Shown here in pieces: positions 19,174 through 28,900 of a stretch of DNA of 64,000 nt (its first letter is position 1; each line of letters begins with the position of its first letter). Source of the stretch: Candidatus Omnitrophota bacterium (GTDB lineage Bacteria > Omnitrophota > Gorgyraeia > Gygaellales > Profunditerraquicolaceae); assembly GCA_025453395.1 (NCBI GenBank), contig JALOQK010000002.1:21625-85624 (forward strand), read 5' to 3'. Under the pieces are notes generated by a model that saw only the letters and a list, made by a program, of their open reading frames with translations, was not told the DNA's origin and searched no databases. The position numbers and the translations under genes were made by a program.

Positions 19174-20733
19174 ATGCCAAAAAGGAATTTATATTTTCTA
19201 GATTGGGATTATTTTTCTTGCGTGATGATAGCGCTTTTTTTTACCATGCAAGTTGTGCGCTGGCAGATTTTGCCGCAATTCATGGATATCTATTATCATC
19301 TGCATACTGCGTGGGGTTTTTTGCAGGCAGGCGGCTATAGCGGCTGGGATTTCTGGCAGTATGCCCCATATGGCCGGGAGCATATCTATCCGCCATTTTT
19401 CCATATTATCTTAGCTATATTCATGAAACTTGGCGTAAAAGCAATGATCTTAGCCAAAGTCCTTGAAATTACCGTTACAATATTTTTCTTTCTTTCTCTA
19501 TGGTTGTTCACTAAGAGGAATTTCTCAAGCCGCGTGGGGTTTTTTAGCCTCTTGGTTAGTGTTTCTTCGTATTCTTTCTTGCCTAGCCTTACCAACCATC
19601 TGCCAGCGACTGTTGCCTTGATCTTGGGGCTTTGGGCGATGGATGCGCTTTTAAGCAAGAGGTTTATTTTAGCAATTGTTTTCTTAACCTTATGTTTTTA
19701 TACGCATATCGGTGCCTCATTCTTTATGGCCGCGGCAATTCTTATTTTTAGCTTTTTAAATAAAGGATACAGGAAAATGTCCTGGTTTATTTTATTTTCT
19801 GCTTTCATCTTAAGCCTGCCTATTTTAATTAAAGAAATACTTGTTTCCAGGCATATATCCAGCATGGGGTTTAATTTAAATGAAAGGTATAATTGTGAAA
19901 TTAAAATAATAGAATACATAATGGCTTGTTTTGGAGTATATCTTTCGTTTAAGATGAAGAATAAAAATAATCTGACCGGCTTTTGTCTTTTTGCCGCAAG
20001 CCTTATTTTTGTTTCTTATCCTTACCGGCTTTTTTCCGCGGAGGGCTATTTGGGGGTGGTCTTGCCAGCTTCTTTGGCCTTAGATTTTATATATCAGAAA
20101 ATACGCCAGGATTTTAAGATGCCAAGGATGATTTCTCTGGGCGTTATTCTAATCTTTGTCTTAATCTCTCCGTCTTTCTTGATCAGGCGCACTGTTGATA
20201 CGCGAGGGGAAACTTTTTATAGAGTAAAACCATTTAATTCTGCCCTAAGCGCTATGCTGATTCCGGCGCTTAATAAACCCGCCGGCCTTTGGTTCCCGGA
20301 ACATTATTCTTTTGCCGCGGACTGGATAAGGGCTAATTCTTCAGAAACTGATATTATTTATTGCTCTATTAACTGCGCGGGAGTTGCTTTGGCAGCTTTA
20401 TCCGGCAGGCCTACTTCAAACGCGCTTTTGCCGGAAATCGGGCCAGTTAATCCGCAGGATCCATTTTTGTTCTCAAGGGTTATTGTTTTAGCTAAAGATG
20501 AACAAGATGAATATGTCCAATATGTAAAAGAGAAGTATTCGCTGGTTAAGTCCGGGGAAGATAAACTTTTCCCTTTCTATATGAATAATAAGCCGTTGGG
20601 TAAATATTCTAAAAGGCCGGCCGCAGTCAGTTTCACGGTTATTTATCTTCTTTTATTTTTAGCTATTTTTTTATCAATAGCCTCCCGCAGGCTGGAAAGA
20701 TTTCTTAGGCAAAAATCAGGCATATTAATATGA
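19174..20733 (+). CDS. polytopic membrane protein of unknown function (possibly a glycosyltransferase-like fold)
   Basis: About 12 predicted TM helices. Start chosen at MPKRNLYF immediately after the truA stop. No recognisable catalytic motif. Confidence 0.4.
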   Translation: MPKRNLYFLDWDYFSCVMIALFFTMQVVRWQILPQFMDIYYHLHTAWGFLQAGGYSGWDFWQYAPYGREHIYPPFFHIILAIFMKLGVKAMILAKVLEITVTIFFFLSLWLFTKRNFSSRVGFFSLLVSVSSYSFLPSLTNHLPATVALILGLWAMDALLSKRFILAIVFLTLCFYTHIGASFFMAAAILIFSFLNKGYRKMSWFILFSAFILSLPILIKEILVSRHISSMGFNLNERYNCEIKIIEYIMACFGVYLSFKMKNKNNLTGFCLFAASLIFVSYPYRLFSAEGYLGVVLPASLALDFIYQKIRQDFKMPRMISLGVILIFVLISPSFLIRRTVDTRGETFYRVKPFNSALSAMLIPALNKPAGLWFPEHYSFAADWIRANSSETDIIYCSINCAGVALAALSGRPTSNALLPEIGPVNPQDPFLFSRVIVLAKDEQDEYVQYVKEKYSLVKSGEDKLFPFYMNNKPLGKYSKRPAAVSFTVIYLLLFLAIFLSIASRRLERFLRQKSGILI

Positions 20734-22592
20734 AAAAGTATGTATTGGGTATTTTCTTATCTTATGTGTTTTTATTCTCCTGCGTGGCGTATTTAAAATA
20801 CAGGGCGTTTCTTTACAATGACATTGATCTTACAGGCATGATGCTTGTTTTAAGTAACATGGCGCGGGGAAACTGGTTTTCTTCTTCTTATGGAACAGCT
20901 ACTTTGTTTGGAGGCGGGCACATCCCGCTTACCAATTCTATCTTTCATCTTTCGTTTATTAATTTTATTTTCCTGCCGTTTTACATGCTTTTTACCTCAT
21001 CTGTTTTTTTGCTTATTTTGCAGGTGTTATTTATAGGCTCTGGGATTATCGGGGTATATCTTATCGCCAAACACGTGCTTGGCGATAAGTGGGCGCTGTA
21101 CATAGCTTTGCTCTACGCGGTTTACCCCGCGGTAAATTATATTAATCTTTATGAGGCGCATTATATCGCTTTTAGCATACCGCTACTTTTGTTCATGTTT
21201 TATTTTTACCTTCAAAGCCGTTACGGCCTATTTGTTTTATTCATGTGTTTATCTTTATCTTGCAGGGAAGATGTGGCGTTGGCGGTGTTGGGCATGGGCG
21301 CATACTTATTGTTGCGTTCCACGAAAAAAAACGGCCCGCCTCTGAAGTGGGCGGCAACTGCTTTCAGCATAACAGCGGTTTTTATTTCCGCGTTCTTCTG
21401 GGCGGAGCATTCTTCTAAGAATGCCTTATCGTGCAATCCGGCAATGGTTAATTTTAGCTCAGCGTCTTTTTATAACTGGATGGGGGATTCTTGGCGGGAA
21501 GTGTTCAATAATTTCTCTACCCGTTCGGGTTATATCTTTGAGAATATTTTTACCGCGCATAAAATTAAATACTTGATGCAGCTTTTTTCTCCCTGTTTAT
21601 TTATTTGTTTCTTGGATGTTTCTTTTATCATGGTTTTAGCCGGGCTCCCTCAAGTTTTGCTTTCAAGCTGGCAGTTTCACTCTGACATACATTATCAGCA
21701 TGCTTCAATTGTGGTACCGTTTATTTTTATTTCTTTTATTTTTGGCATAAATAAGATTATAAATTTACGGATAAATATTCTGATCAAGAAAGCGGTTTTT
21801 TTCTTTGTGGTAGTAATAGGGGTGGGGCTGGCTTTATATATTGGCCCGTTGCCTATGTTATTATCTGGCCTGGCGGATTTGCGAAAAGCAGCTTTTTCTG
21901 ATTATTCCCGGATAAAAGAATCATTGGTTAAGCTTGTCCCGGATGAAGAGCCGTTAATCAGCACCTTTTCTTTATCCAATCATCTTATAAAGCGCAGTGT
22001 TTTAGTCCCGTTTCACACCTTTACCTACAAAAAAGCTTTAGCTTATATTCCGAAAGCTCAAGAATGTACCGCAGCTATAGTAGATTTTGAGGATGCCTTG
22101 ACGTTTCACCCTGTTTTTTATAATGCCGCGAAAGGTCTTTTTAAAAAGTGTTTCTTTGTCCAGTCCAAAGACTGGGGACTTGTGCAGAGTATAAATAATA
22201 TCGCTGTCTACAGGAAAGGGGTTTCGGGCGGCGGCGGGTTAGTAGAGATTTTAGGCCTTAAGCCGGAATTTAAAGACCCCGCAAACGGTGATCTAAGGGT
22301 GCTGAAGTATGATGTTTCTAAGGTTGTGATCGCGGGTTTTCCTTGCCTTAAAGTAAGCTTTGACCTTCTTAAGAACCGCAATACAGACTTAGATTACCTG
22401 CCCGGGCTTCAAATTGTGAATAAGAAATGCGAAGAATTCAGATTTTACTTTATTGCTTCTCACAGATTGTATCCTTTCCGCGGTTACAAGGATGGGCAGC
22501 TTGTCAGGACCAGGGCCAACGTTTTTGTGCCGGCAGGCTTTAGGGATCCTGATGCCAGAATCAACCTTTTTTTTGAGAAAATTAATCATTAA
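20730..22592 (+). CDS. large polytopic membrane protein with ~200-aa C-terminal soluble domain, unknown function
   Basis: Many TM helices in the first ~400 aa, then a hydrophilic C-terminal domain. Overlaps the upstream stop, so it is operonic. Confidence 0.4.
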   Translation: MKKYVLGIFLSYVFLFSCVAYLKYRAFLYNDIDLTGMMLVLSNMARGNWFSSSYGTATLFGGGHIPLTNSIFHLSFINFIFLPFYMLFTSSVFLLILQVLFIGSGIIGVYLIAKHVLGDKWALYIALLYAVYPAVNYINLYEAHYIAFSIPLLLFMFYFYLQSRYGLFVLFMCLSLSCREDVALAVLGMGAYLLLRSTKKNGPPLKWAATAFSITAVFISAFFWAEHSSKNALSCNPAMVNFSSASFYNWMGDSWREVFNNFSTRSGYIFENIFTAHKIKYLMQLFSPCLFICFLDVSFIMVLAGLPQVLLSSWQFHSDIHYQHASIVVPFIFISFIFGINKIINLRINILIKKAVFFFVVVIGVGLALYIGPLPMLLSGLADLRKAAFSDYSRIKESLVKLVPDEEPLISTFSLSNHLIKRSVLVPFHTFTYKKALAYIPKAQECTAAIVDFEDALTFHPVFYNAAKGLFKKCFFVQSKDWGLVQSINNIAVYRKGVSGGGGLVEILGLKPEFKDPANGDLRVLKYDVSKVVIAGFPCLKVSFDLLKNRNTDLDYLPGLQIVNKKCEEFRFYFIASHRLYPFRGYKDGQLVRTRANVFVPAGFRDPDARINLFFEKINH

Positions 22593-22598
22593 AAATAT

Positions 22599-22626
22599 TT
22601 GACTAAATACAAAAATATGATATACT
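22599..22626 (+). promoter_or_regulatory. sigma70-like promoter for rplM-rpsI
   Basis: TTGACT, 16-nt spacer, TATACT, located about 55 nt upstream of rplM. Confidence 0.5.
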
Positions 22627-22681
22627 TATCCTTTCCATAAAACAGGTATGTAAAGAGGGTATGAAAGAGCAGGGGATTAAA

Positions 22682-23116
22682 ATGTTGAAGACTTATATGG
22701 CAAAGAAGCAGGAAGTTAAGAGAAAATGGTATCTTATAGACGCCAAGGATAAGATCTTGGGCCGGGTAGCGACCAAGGCTGCCACTATTCTAAGGGGCAA
22801 GCATAAAACTATTTATACCCCCCATGTTGATACAGGCGATTATGTGATTATTACCAACGCATCTTTAGTTAAGGTAACCGGCCGCAAGATGAGCGATAAG
22901 ATCTACCGCAGGTATTCCGGCTATCCGGGAGGCTTAAGAGAGGTTACATTGGATACAATGTTAACCAAAAGGCCTGCCACGGTAATGCAGTTAGCGGTTC
23001 AACGCATGCTTCCGGCAGGATCATTGGCTAAGCAGATGGTCAAAAAGCTTAAAATTTATGCTGATGGTAAGCATGCTTTTGAAGGCCAGAAAATAGAAGT
23101 TTTGGAGGTTAAATAA
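22682..23116 (+). CDS. rplM: 50S ribosomal protein L13
   Basis: [42 protein letters not shown] matches L13. Start chosen at MLKTY. Confidence 0.85.
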   Translation: MLKTYMAKKQEVKRKWYLIDAKDKILGRVATKAATILRGKHKTIYTPHVDTGDYVIITNASLVKVTGRKMSDKIYRRYSGYPGGLREVTLDTMLTKRPATVMQLAVQRMLPAGSLAKQMVKKLKIYADGKHAFEGQKIEVLEVK

Positions 23117-23118
23117 GC

Positions 23119-23514
23119 ATGGAACAGAAAGAAAAATATCCCGCAACAGGAAGAAGAAAAGAAGCAACCGCCAGGGTCCAGCTTATTCCGGGCAAGGGCT
23201 TGATCAGGGTGAATAAAAGGGCTTTTGAAGATTATTTTAAGCGTGAGACTGACAGGATCATCGTGCAGCAGCCGCTTACCACAACCAATACCTTCAGTAA
23301 ATACGATGTGTTGGCTAATATAGCCGGCGGTGGCTTAACCGGGCAGGCAGGGGCTTTAAGGCATGCTATTTCAAGGGCGCTTCTTTTGGTTGAGCCGTCA
23401 TTAAAGGAATTATTAAGGAAAAGCGGATTTTTAACCCGCGACCCGCGCATGAAGGAAAGAAAGAAATACGGGCAGAAAGGGGCACGCAAGCGCTTCCAGT
23501 GGACTAAACGTTAA
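23119..23514 (+). CDS. rpsI: 30S ribosomal protein S9
   Basis: [14 protein letters not shown] .. [19 protein letters not shown] .. [10 protein letters not shown]. Confidence 0.9.
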   Translation: MEQKEKYPATGRRKEATARVQLIPGKGLIRVNKRAFEDYFKRETDRIIVQQPLTTTNTFSKYDVLANIAGGGLTGQAGALRHAISRALLLVEPSLKELLRKSGFLTRDPRMKERKKYGQKGARKRFQWTKR

Positions 23515-23534
23515 AGAAACATCGCTTTTATATG

Positions 23535-23573
23535 ATCCCGCCAGGCCTTCAGTGCCCGGCGGGATTTTTTTTA
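23535..23573 (+). terminator. rho-independent terminator after rpsI
   Basis: Stem atcccgcc .. ggcgggat followed by an 8-T run. Confidence 0.65.
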
Positions 23574-23593
23574 TTCTACGACGGATAAAATGC

Positions 23594-23622
23594 TTGACGC
23601 ATAGTTATTTTTGCCTTATTAT
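23594..23622 (+). promoter_or_regulatory. sigma70-like promoter ahead of argC
   Basis: TTGACG, 17-nt spacer, TATTAT, about 40 nt upstream of the argC start. Confidence 0.5.
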
Positions 23623-23660
23623 GTTAGCATTATCGACTAAGAAGAGAAAGGTTTTACAAT

Positions 23661-24686
23661 ATGATCAATGCCGGAATTGTCGGGGCAAGCGGTTATACCG
23701 GAGAAACCCTTTTAGGTATTCTTCTGAAGCACCCCTTTGTGCGCTTAAGTTATCTTTCCCGGGGCCAGGATAAAGAACAGAAGATATCTGAGCTGTTTCC
23801 TAAATTTGAGAAAATAAGCGGCCTCTCCTGCGGGCCGACGGATATCAAGCAAATAAAAGAAAAATGCGATGTGGTTTTCTTGGCTATGCCGCATACCGCT
23901 TCCATGAGCCTGGTGCCGAAGCTTATTTCTTGCGGCAAAAAGGTCATAGATTTAAGCGCGGATTATCGCATAACCGATTATAGGCTTTACGAGAAATCTT
24001 ATCAGGTTAAGCATACGGATAAGGCCAATTTAAAGCAGGCAGTTTACGGACTGCCGGAGCTTTATCGCAATAAAATAAAAACCGCCAGTTTAATCGCCAA
24101 CCCCGGATGTTATCCCACAGCGGCAGTTTTGGCATTAGCGCCGCTTTTGGGCCTTGGGGTTATAGAAAAAGACAATATTATTATAGACGCTAAGTCCGGG
24201 ATAAGCGGCGCAGGGAAGAAAATGTCGGAGGGATTTTTGTTTAACGAGGCCAATGAGGATTTTAAGGCCTATAAGGTAAACAGCCATCAGCATGCTCCGG
24301 AGATAAATCAGATCTTGTCACGGCTGACAGGCAGGAAGACAGAAATTATTTTTGTGCCGCATCTTTTGCCTTTGTATAGGGGGATATTGGAAACTATATA
24401 TGTAAAGAGGTCGGAAGTCAGAGGTCGGAAGTCAAAAGGCAATATAATCGAGTTGTATAAGAAATTCTATAAGGATGAGCCGTTTGTCAGGATTAAGAAG
24501 GACGCGGAATTCCCGCGCCTAAAAGATGTGCAGGGGACAAATTTCTGCGATATCGGGATAAAGGATTGCGGAAGTAATATTATTATTATTTCTGCTATTG
24601 ATAACCTGATCAAGGGGGCTTCTGGACAGGCAGTGCAGAATATGAATATTATGTATAACTTTCCTCAAGAGACCGCGCTTCTATGA
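23661..24686 (+). CDS. argC: N-acetyl-gamma-glutamyl-phosphate reductase
   Basis: AGIVGASGYTGETL .. active-site Cys region PGCYPTA. Carries an in-frame heptamer insert at 24417..24441 (RSEVRGRKSKG). Confidence 0.9.
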   Translation: MINAGIVGASGYTGETLLGILLKHPFVRLSYLSRGQDKEQKISELFPKFEKISGLSCGPTDIKQIKEKCDVVFLAMPHTASMSLVPKLISCGKKVIDLSADYRITDYRLYEKSYQVKHTDKANLKQAVYGLPELYRNKIKTASLIANPGCYPTAAVLALAPLLGLGVIEKDNIIIDAKSGISGAGKKMSEGFLFNEANEDFKAYKVNSHQHAPEINQILSRLTGRKTEIIFVPHLLPLYRGILETIYVKRSEVRGRKSKGNIIELYKKFYKDEPFVRIKKDAEFPRLKDVQGTNFCDIGIKDCGSNIIIISAIDNLIKGASGQAVQNMNIMYNFPQETALL

Positions 24687-25822
24687 TAAAGTTTTATTCA
24701 AAAGCTATTCTTCCGGCTGGATTCAAGGCCAATGCTGTTTCTTGCGGGCTGAAGAAAAGCGGCAAGCCGGATTTGGCTTTTTTCTATTCCAATGTTCCGG
24801 CAAAGGCAAGCTGTGTGTTTACCTCTAATACCCTAGCGGCAGCGCCAGTTATTTTATCCCGTAGGTTTCTTAAAGAAAATAAGTCTGGCTATTATGGGAT
24901 CATTGTTAATAGCGGCAATGCCAATTGTTTTACCGGTAAAAACGGCATGCAGGATGCCTTGAACATGGCCTCTTATTCTGCGCAGAATTTGGGGGTAGAT
25001 AAAGAAAGTGTCCTTGTTGCTTCTACCGGTATTATTGGCAAGAGACTTGATATTGCTAAAATCAAAAAGGCGCTGCCTAATTTAATTGGCGGCTTATCGC
25101 TTCGCGGCATGGATTTTGCCAAGAAGGCGATTATGACTACTGATACTTTTGCCAAAGAGGTTACCGCGGTAATAAATATTGGCAAAGAAAAGGTTGCTAT
25201 CTGTGCAATAGCCAAAGGCGCGGGGATGATCGCTCCGGACATGGCGACGATGCTCTGTTTTATTTTTACTGACGCGGATATCAAACAAAAAACATTGGAT
25301 AAAAGCTTGGCGCGTGCTATAGAGAAATCTTTTAATTGTATAAGCGTTGATGGGTGCATGAGCACGAATGACAGCGTTATGGTTTTGGCTAATGGTTGTT
25401 CTTGTAGAGTAGATAAAAATAAGAGATCATTGGAGTTATTTAGCCAAGCGCTGGATAAGGTATGCCTGGAATTAGCCAAGATGATTGTCAAAGACGGCGA
25501 AGGGGCAACTAAATTCATTCAGATTGATGTAACAGGCGCATCCTCGGGAAAAGAAGCAAAGGTCGCAGCTTTAGCGATTGCTAATTCCGCGTTATTTAAA
25601 ACCGCGATGTATGGGTGTAATCCTAATTTTGGCAGGGTTGTATCTGCGGTTGGTTCTTGCGGGATAAAAGTTGATGAAGCTAAGTTGCAAGTTAAGTTAA
25701 GCCCGCTTGATCAAAAGAATATCAAGGTGTCAGTTGATTTAGGAAAAGGCAAGGCAAAAAGCACTGTTTATACCTGCGATATGACGCCTGCTTATGTTAG
25801 AATAAACGCAGAATATAATTAA
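24683..25822 (+). CDS. argJ: bifunctional ornithine acetyltransferase / N-acetylglutamate synthase
   Basis: ATMLCFIFTDA self-cleavage motif of ArgJ. Confidence 0.9.
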   Translation: MIKFYSKAILPAGFKANAVSCGLKKSGKPDLAFFYSNVPAKASCVFTSNTLAAAPVILSRRFLKENKSGYYGIIVNSGNANCFTGKNGMQDALNMASYSAQNLGVDKESVLVASTGIIGKRLDIAKIKKALPNLIGGLSLRGMDFAKKAIMTTDTFAKEVTAVINIGKEKVAICAIAKGAGMIAPDMATMLCFIFTDADIKQKTLDKSLARAIEKSFNCISVDGCMSTNDSVMVLANGCSCRVDKNKRSLELFSQALDKVCLELAKMIVKDGEGATKFIQIDVTGASSGKEAKVAALAIANSALFKTAMYGCNPNFGRVVSAVGSCGIKVDEAKLQVKLSPLDQKNIKVSVDLGKGKAKSTVYTCDMTPAYVRINAEYN

Positions 25823-25837
25823 TCGGAAAGGGATATT

Positions 25838-26692
25838 ATGGAAGAAGCAATTAGAAAGGCGCATGTTTTAATCGAGGCATTGCCATATATCAAGAGGTTC
25901 CATAAGAAAACCATAGTGATAAAATACGGCGGCAGTATTTTAGGCGATGATAAGATCCGCCACGCAGTATTGGAAGATATAGTTTTTTTGAATTTTATGG
26001 GCTTGCGCCCGGTTTTAGTGCATGGCGGCGGGCCAAATATAAGCGAGCGCATGCGTTCTACCGGGAAGAAAGCGGAATTTGTAGAAGGTATGCGCGTAAC
26101 TGATAAAGAAACCCTTGAAGTCGTGGAAGAAGAATTGCGCAAGCTAAACGATATGATCGTTGAGGAAATAATCGCTATGGAGGCAAAGGCTGTAGGCTTA
26201 AACGGCAAGAATGATATTATACAGGCGGTGAAGAAACAGGCGGCAGTGGATTTAGGTTTTGTCGGAGATATTAAATCCGTAAACCCGGAACATATTTTAG
26301 ATGCTTTGCGTTCTGATAAAATCCCGGTTATTTTGCCCATGGGCAAAGGAAGCGATAAGCATACCTATAATATCAATGCTGATGAAACCGCATCCCAGGT
26401 AGCCTGTTTTCTTAAGGCGGAGAAACTGGTGCTTTTAACTAACGTCAAAGGCATTATGCGTAATTCCGAAGACGCGCATTCTTTTATCTCCACAATTACT
26501 ACCCGCGAGGTTGAGGGTTTGATAAAAGAAAATATCATCCAGCAGGGCATGATACCTAAGGTCAATGCCTGTATCCAGGCATTGCAAGCAGGGGTTAAGA
26601 AGACGCATATTATTGACGCCAGGACCCAGCATGCATTGTTGCTTGAAATCTTCACTGATCAGGGCATTGGAACAGAAATAATACAGGAGTAA
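25838..26692 (+). CDS. argB: acetylglutamate kinase
   Basis: IVIKYGGS .. VLVHGGGP amino-acid kinase motifs. Confidence 0.9.
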   Translation: MEEAIRKAHVLIEALPYIKRFHKKTIVIKYGGSILGDDKIRHAVLEDIVFLNFMGLRPVLVHGGGPNISERMRSTGKKAEFVEGMRVTDKETLEVVEEELRKLNDMIVEEIIAMEAKAVGLNGKNDIIQAVKKQAAVDLGFVGDIKSVNPEHILDALRSDKIPVILPMGKGSDKHTYNINADETASQVACFLKAEKLVLLTNVKGIMRNSEDAHSFISTITTREVEGLIKENIIQQGMIPKVNACIQALQAGVKKTHIIDARTQHALLLEIFTDQGIGTEIIQE

Positions 26693-26693
26693 T

Positions 26694-27875
26694 ATGAAGT
26701 TAGAGGAAGTATTTCAATCTTACAGCGATTTTATAATGCCTACTTACGCTAAAACCCCGCTTGTCTTTGTCAAGGGCAAGGGCAGTTTTCTTTGGGATAT
26801 CCATAGCAAGAAATATTTGGATTTTTTCCCGGGATGGGGCGTAGGAAGCATGGGCCATTGCCATGCTAAGGTGGTGCAGGCGATAAGGGAGCAGGCCGCG
26901 AAACTTATTTTTGTGCCTAATAATTATTATACCCTGGCGCAGGCAAAGTTAGCAAAAAAACTTGTTAGTTTAGCCTTTCCCTCTAAAGTATTTTTCTGCA
27001 ATTCTGGGGCTGAAGCCAATGAAGCCGCGATAAAGTTTAGCCGTAAGTTCGGCAATGGAAGATATGAGATCATAACCTTTCAGGATTCTTTCCACGGGCG
27101 CACCGCTGGGGCATTGGCTGCCACGGGCCAGAAAAAATATCAAGAAGGTTTTCAGCCGCTTTTATCAGGCTTTAAGCTGGCGCAGTTTAATAATTTAGAT
27201 TCGGTGAAATCTCTGATTAATCCCGATACGGTTGCGATTATGTTGGAGCTTATCCAGGGAGAGGGCGGAGTTAACGTTGCCGGTTTAGATTTTATCAAGG
27301 CCTTAAGGGAAATTTGCGACCAGAATAAGCTTCTTTTGATCGTGGACGAAGTGCAAACTGGGATTGGCAGGACGGGGAAGTTTTTTGCTTATCAGCATTA
27401 TGGGATAATCCCTGATATAATTACTTTAGCCAAGGCCTTAGGCGCAGGTTTGCCGATAGGGGCTATGTTAGTCAAAAAAGAAATTGCTGATATATTAACA
27501 TCCGGAACACACGCTTCTACTTTTGGCGGGGGTGCGGTAGTTTGCGCCTCAAGCCTGGCGGTTTTAAAGGCCATGCGCGATGAAGATATTCTTAGTAATG
27601 TGCGTGATGCAGGGGAATATCTTTTTGAGATGGCTTTTAAGTTAAAGGAAAAATATAATATTATCCAAGATGTCAGAGGCAGGGGATTGATGCTAGGCAT
27701 ACAGCTTAAATGCCCGGGTAAGGATATTGTTGCAAAATGCATGCAGAAGGGGCTTCTTATTAATTGCACGCATGATACAGTATTACGGTTAATGCCGGCC
27801 CTTAATGTTACCAAGAAACAGATAGGCCAGGGGATGAGAATATTAGAAGACGTAATTAAGAAAGCGAAAAGTTAA
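26694..27875 (+). CDS. argD: acetylornithine aminotransferase
   Basis: Class III aminotransferase: DEVQTGIGRTG, PLP-Lys in TLAKALGAG. Sits inside the arg gene string. Confidence 0.85.
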   Translation: MKLEEVFQSYSDFIMPTYAKTPLVFVKGKGSFLWDIHSKKYLDFFPGWGVGSMGHCHAKVVQAIREQAAKLIFVPNNYYTLAQAKLAKKLVSLAFPSKVFFCNSGAEANEAAIKFSRKFGNGRYEIITFQDSFHGRTAGALAATGQKKYQEGFQPLLSGFKLAQFNNLDSVKSLINPDTVAIMLELIQGEGGVNVAGLDFIKALREICDQNKLLLIVDEVQTGIGRTGKFFAYQHYGIIPDIITLAKALGAGLPIGAMLVKKEIADILTSGTHASTFGGGAVVCASSLAVLKAMRDEDILSNVRDAGEYLFEMAFKLKEKYNIIQDVRGRGLMLGIQLKCPGKDIVAKCMQKGLLINCTHDTVLRLMPALNVTKKQIGQGMRILEDVIKKAKS

Positions 27876-27900
27876 AAGCGTAAAGCGAAAAGCGAAAAAA
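27871..27900. repeat. AAAAGCG heptamer repeat
   Basis: aaaagcg taaagcg aaaagcg aaaaaat. Confidence 0.7.
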
Positions 27901-27923
27901 TAAAACAAATACGAGGCAAAGAC

Positions 27924-28844
27924 ATGAAAAAAGATTTAATTTCCATAAAAGATTTATCATCTGCAGAGATAAATCAGCTTTTTGATTTGACTGCGCAATT
28001 AAAAAGGAACAAGAATAAATTCTCTCGGGTTTTAAGCGGAAAGACTTTGGCCCTGATTTTCCAAAAGCCCTCAAACCGCACGCGGGTTTCTTTTGAAGTG
28101 GGGATGTATCAGCTGGGAGGAAATTCCATATATTTATCCCCGGGAGAGATAAACCTTGGGGTCAGGGAATCTATCCCGGATGCGGCTAAAACTCTTTCCC
28201 GTTATGTGGATGGGATTGTTTTAAGGACTTTTGCGCATAAAAACGTGATTGAATTGGCTAAATATGCGGATATCCCTGTAATAAACGGTTTATCGGATTT
28301 TTCTCATCCCTGCCAGGCGCTGGCGGATATCTATACGGTTGTTGAGAAATTAGAAAATGTGAAGGGAAAAACCTTAGCTTATGTGGGCGACGGAAACAAT
28401 GTTTGTAATTCGCTTTTATTTATTTGCGCCAAGACCGGCATGAACATTAATGTTGCTGCGCCTGTTGGCTATAAGCCTGATAGAGCGGTGGTGGAGCAAG
28501 CAGAAAATATCGCCCTGCCCAATAAAAGCAAAGTTAGCATTTTTAGCGATCCCTTAAAGGCTGTTAAGGGCTCGGATGTTATTTATACCGATGTTTGGAC
28601 CAGCATGGGGCAGGAAAAAGAGGCCTTAAACAGGCTCAAGGCTTTTAAAGGCTTTCAGATTAATCAGCGGCTTTTGGCGCATGCCAAGAAGGGTGTCCTT
28701 GTTATGCATTGCCTGCCCGCGCACAGAGGCGAGGAAATTACCGGAGAAGTTATGGACAGCAAAAATTCAGTAGTTTTTGATCAGGCGGAAAACCGCATGC
28801 ACGTGCAGAAAGCAGTGTTGATTAAACTGTTAAAACAGCTGTAA
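27924..28844 (+). CDS. argF: ornithine carbamoyltransferase
   Basis: STRTR carbamoyl-phosphate motif and the HCLPAHRGEE motif. Confidence 0.85.
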   Translation: MKKDLISIKDLSSAEINQLFDLTAQLKRNKNKFSRVLSGKTLALIFQKPSNRTRVSFEVGMYQLGGNSIYLSPGEINLGVRESIPDAAKTLSRYVDGIVLRTFAHKNVIELAKYADIPVINGLSDFSHPCQALADIYTVVEKLENVKGKTLAYVGDGNNVCNSLLFICAKTGMNINVAAPVGYKPDRAVVEQAENIALPNKSKVSIFSDPLKAVKGSDVIYTDVWTSMGQEKEALNRLKAFKGFQINQRLLAHAKKGVLVMHCLPAHRGEEITGEVMDSKNSVVFDQAENRMHVQKAVLIKLLKQL

Positions 28845-28892
28845 GCTGTAAGCTATAAGCTGTAAGCTGAAGACTGATAGCTGACAGCTGGA
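28836..28892. repeat. GTAAGCT / GATAGCT heptamer repeat
   Basis: gtaagct gtaagct ataagct gtaagct gaagact gatagct gacagct. Overlaps the argF stop. Confidence 0.75.
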
Positions 28893-28900
28893 AAGGTCTT

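Noticed and set aside
21151-21345. 64-aa + strand ORF inside the large membrane protein gene, and 13402..13584 inside fabF
   Set aside because: These are alternative-frame ORFs embedded in longer, motif-supported genes.
23552-23773. 73-aa + strand ORF overlapping the rpsI terminator, arg promoter and argC start
   Set aside because: It spans a terminator hairpin and promoter and runs out of frame into argC. It has no ribosome-binding site and looks like a chance ORF.
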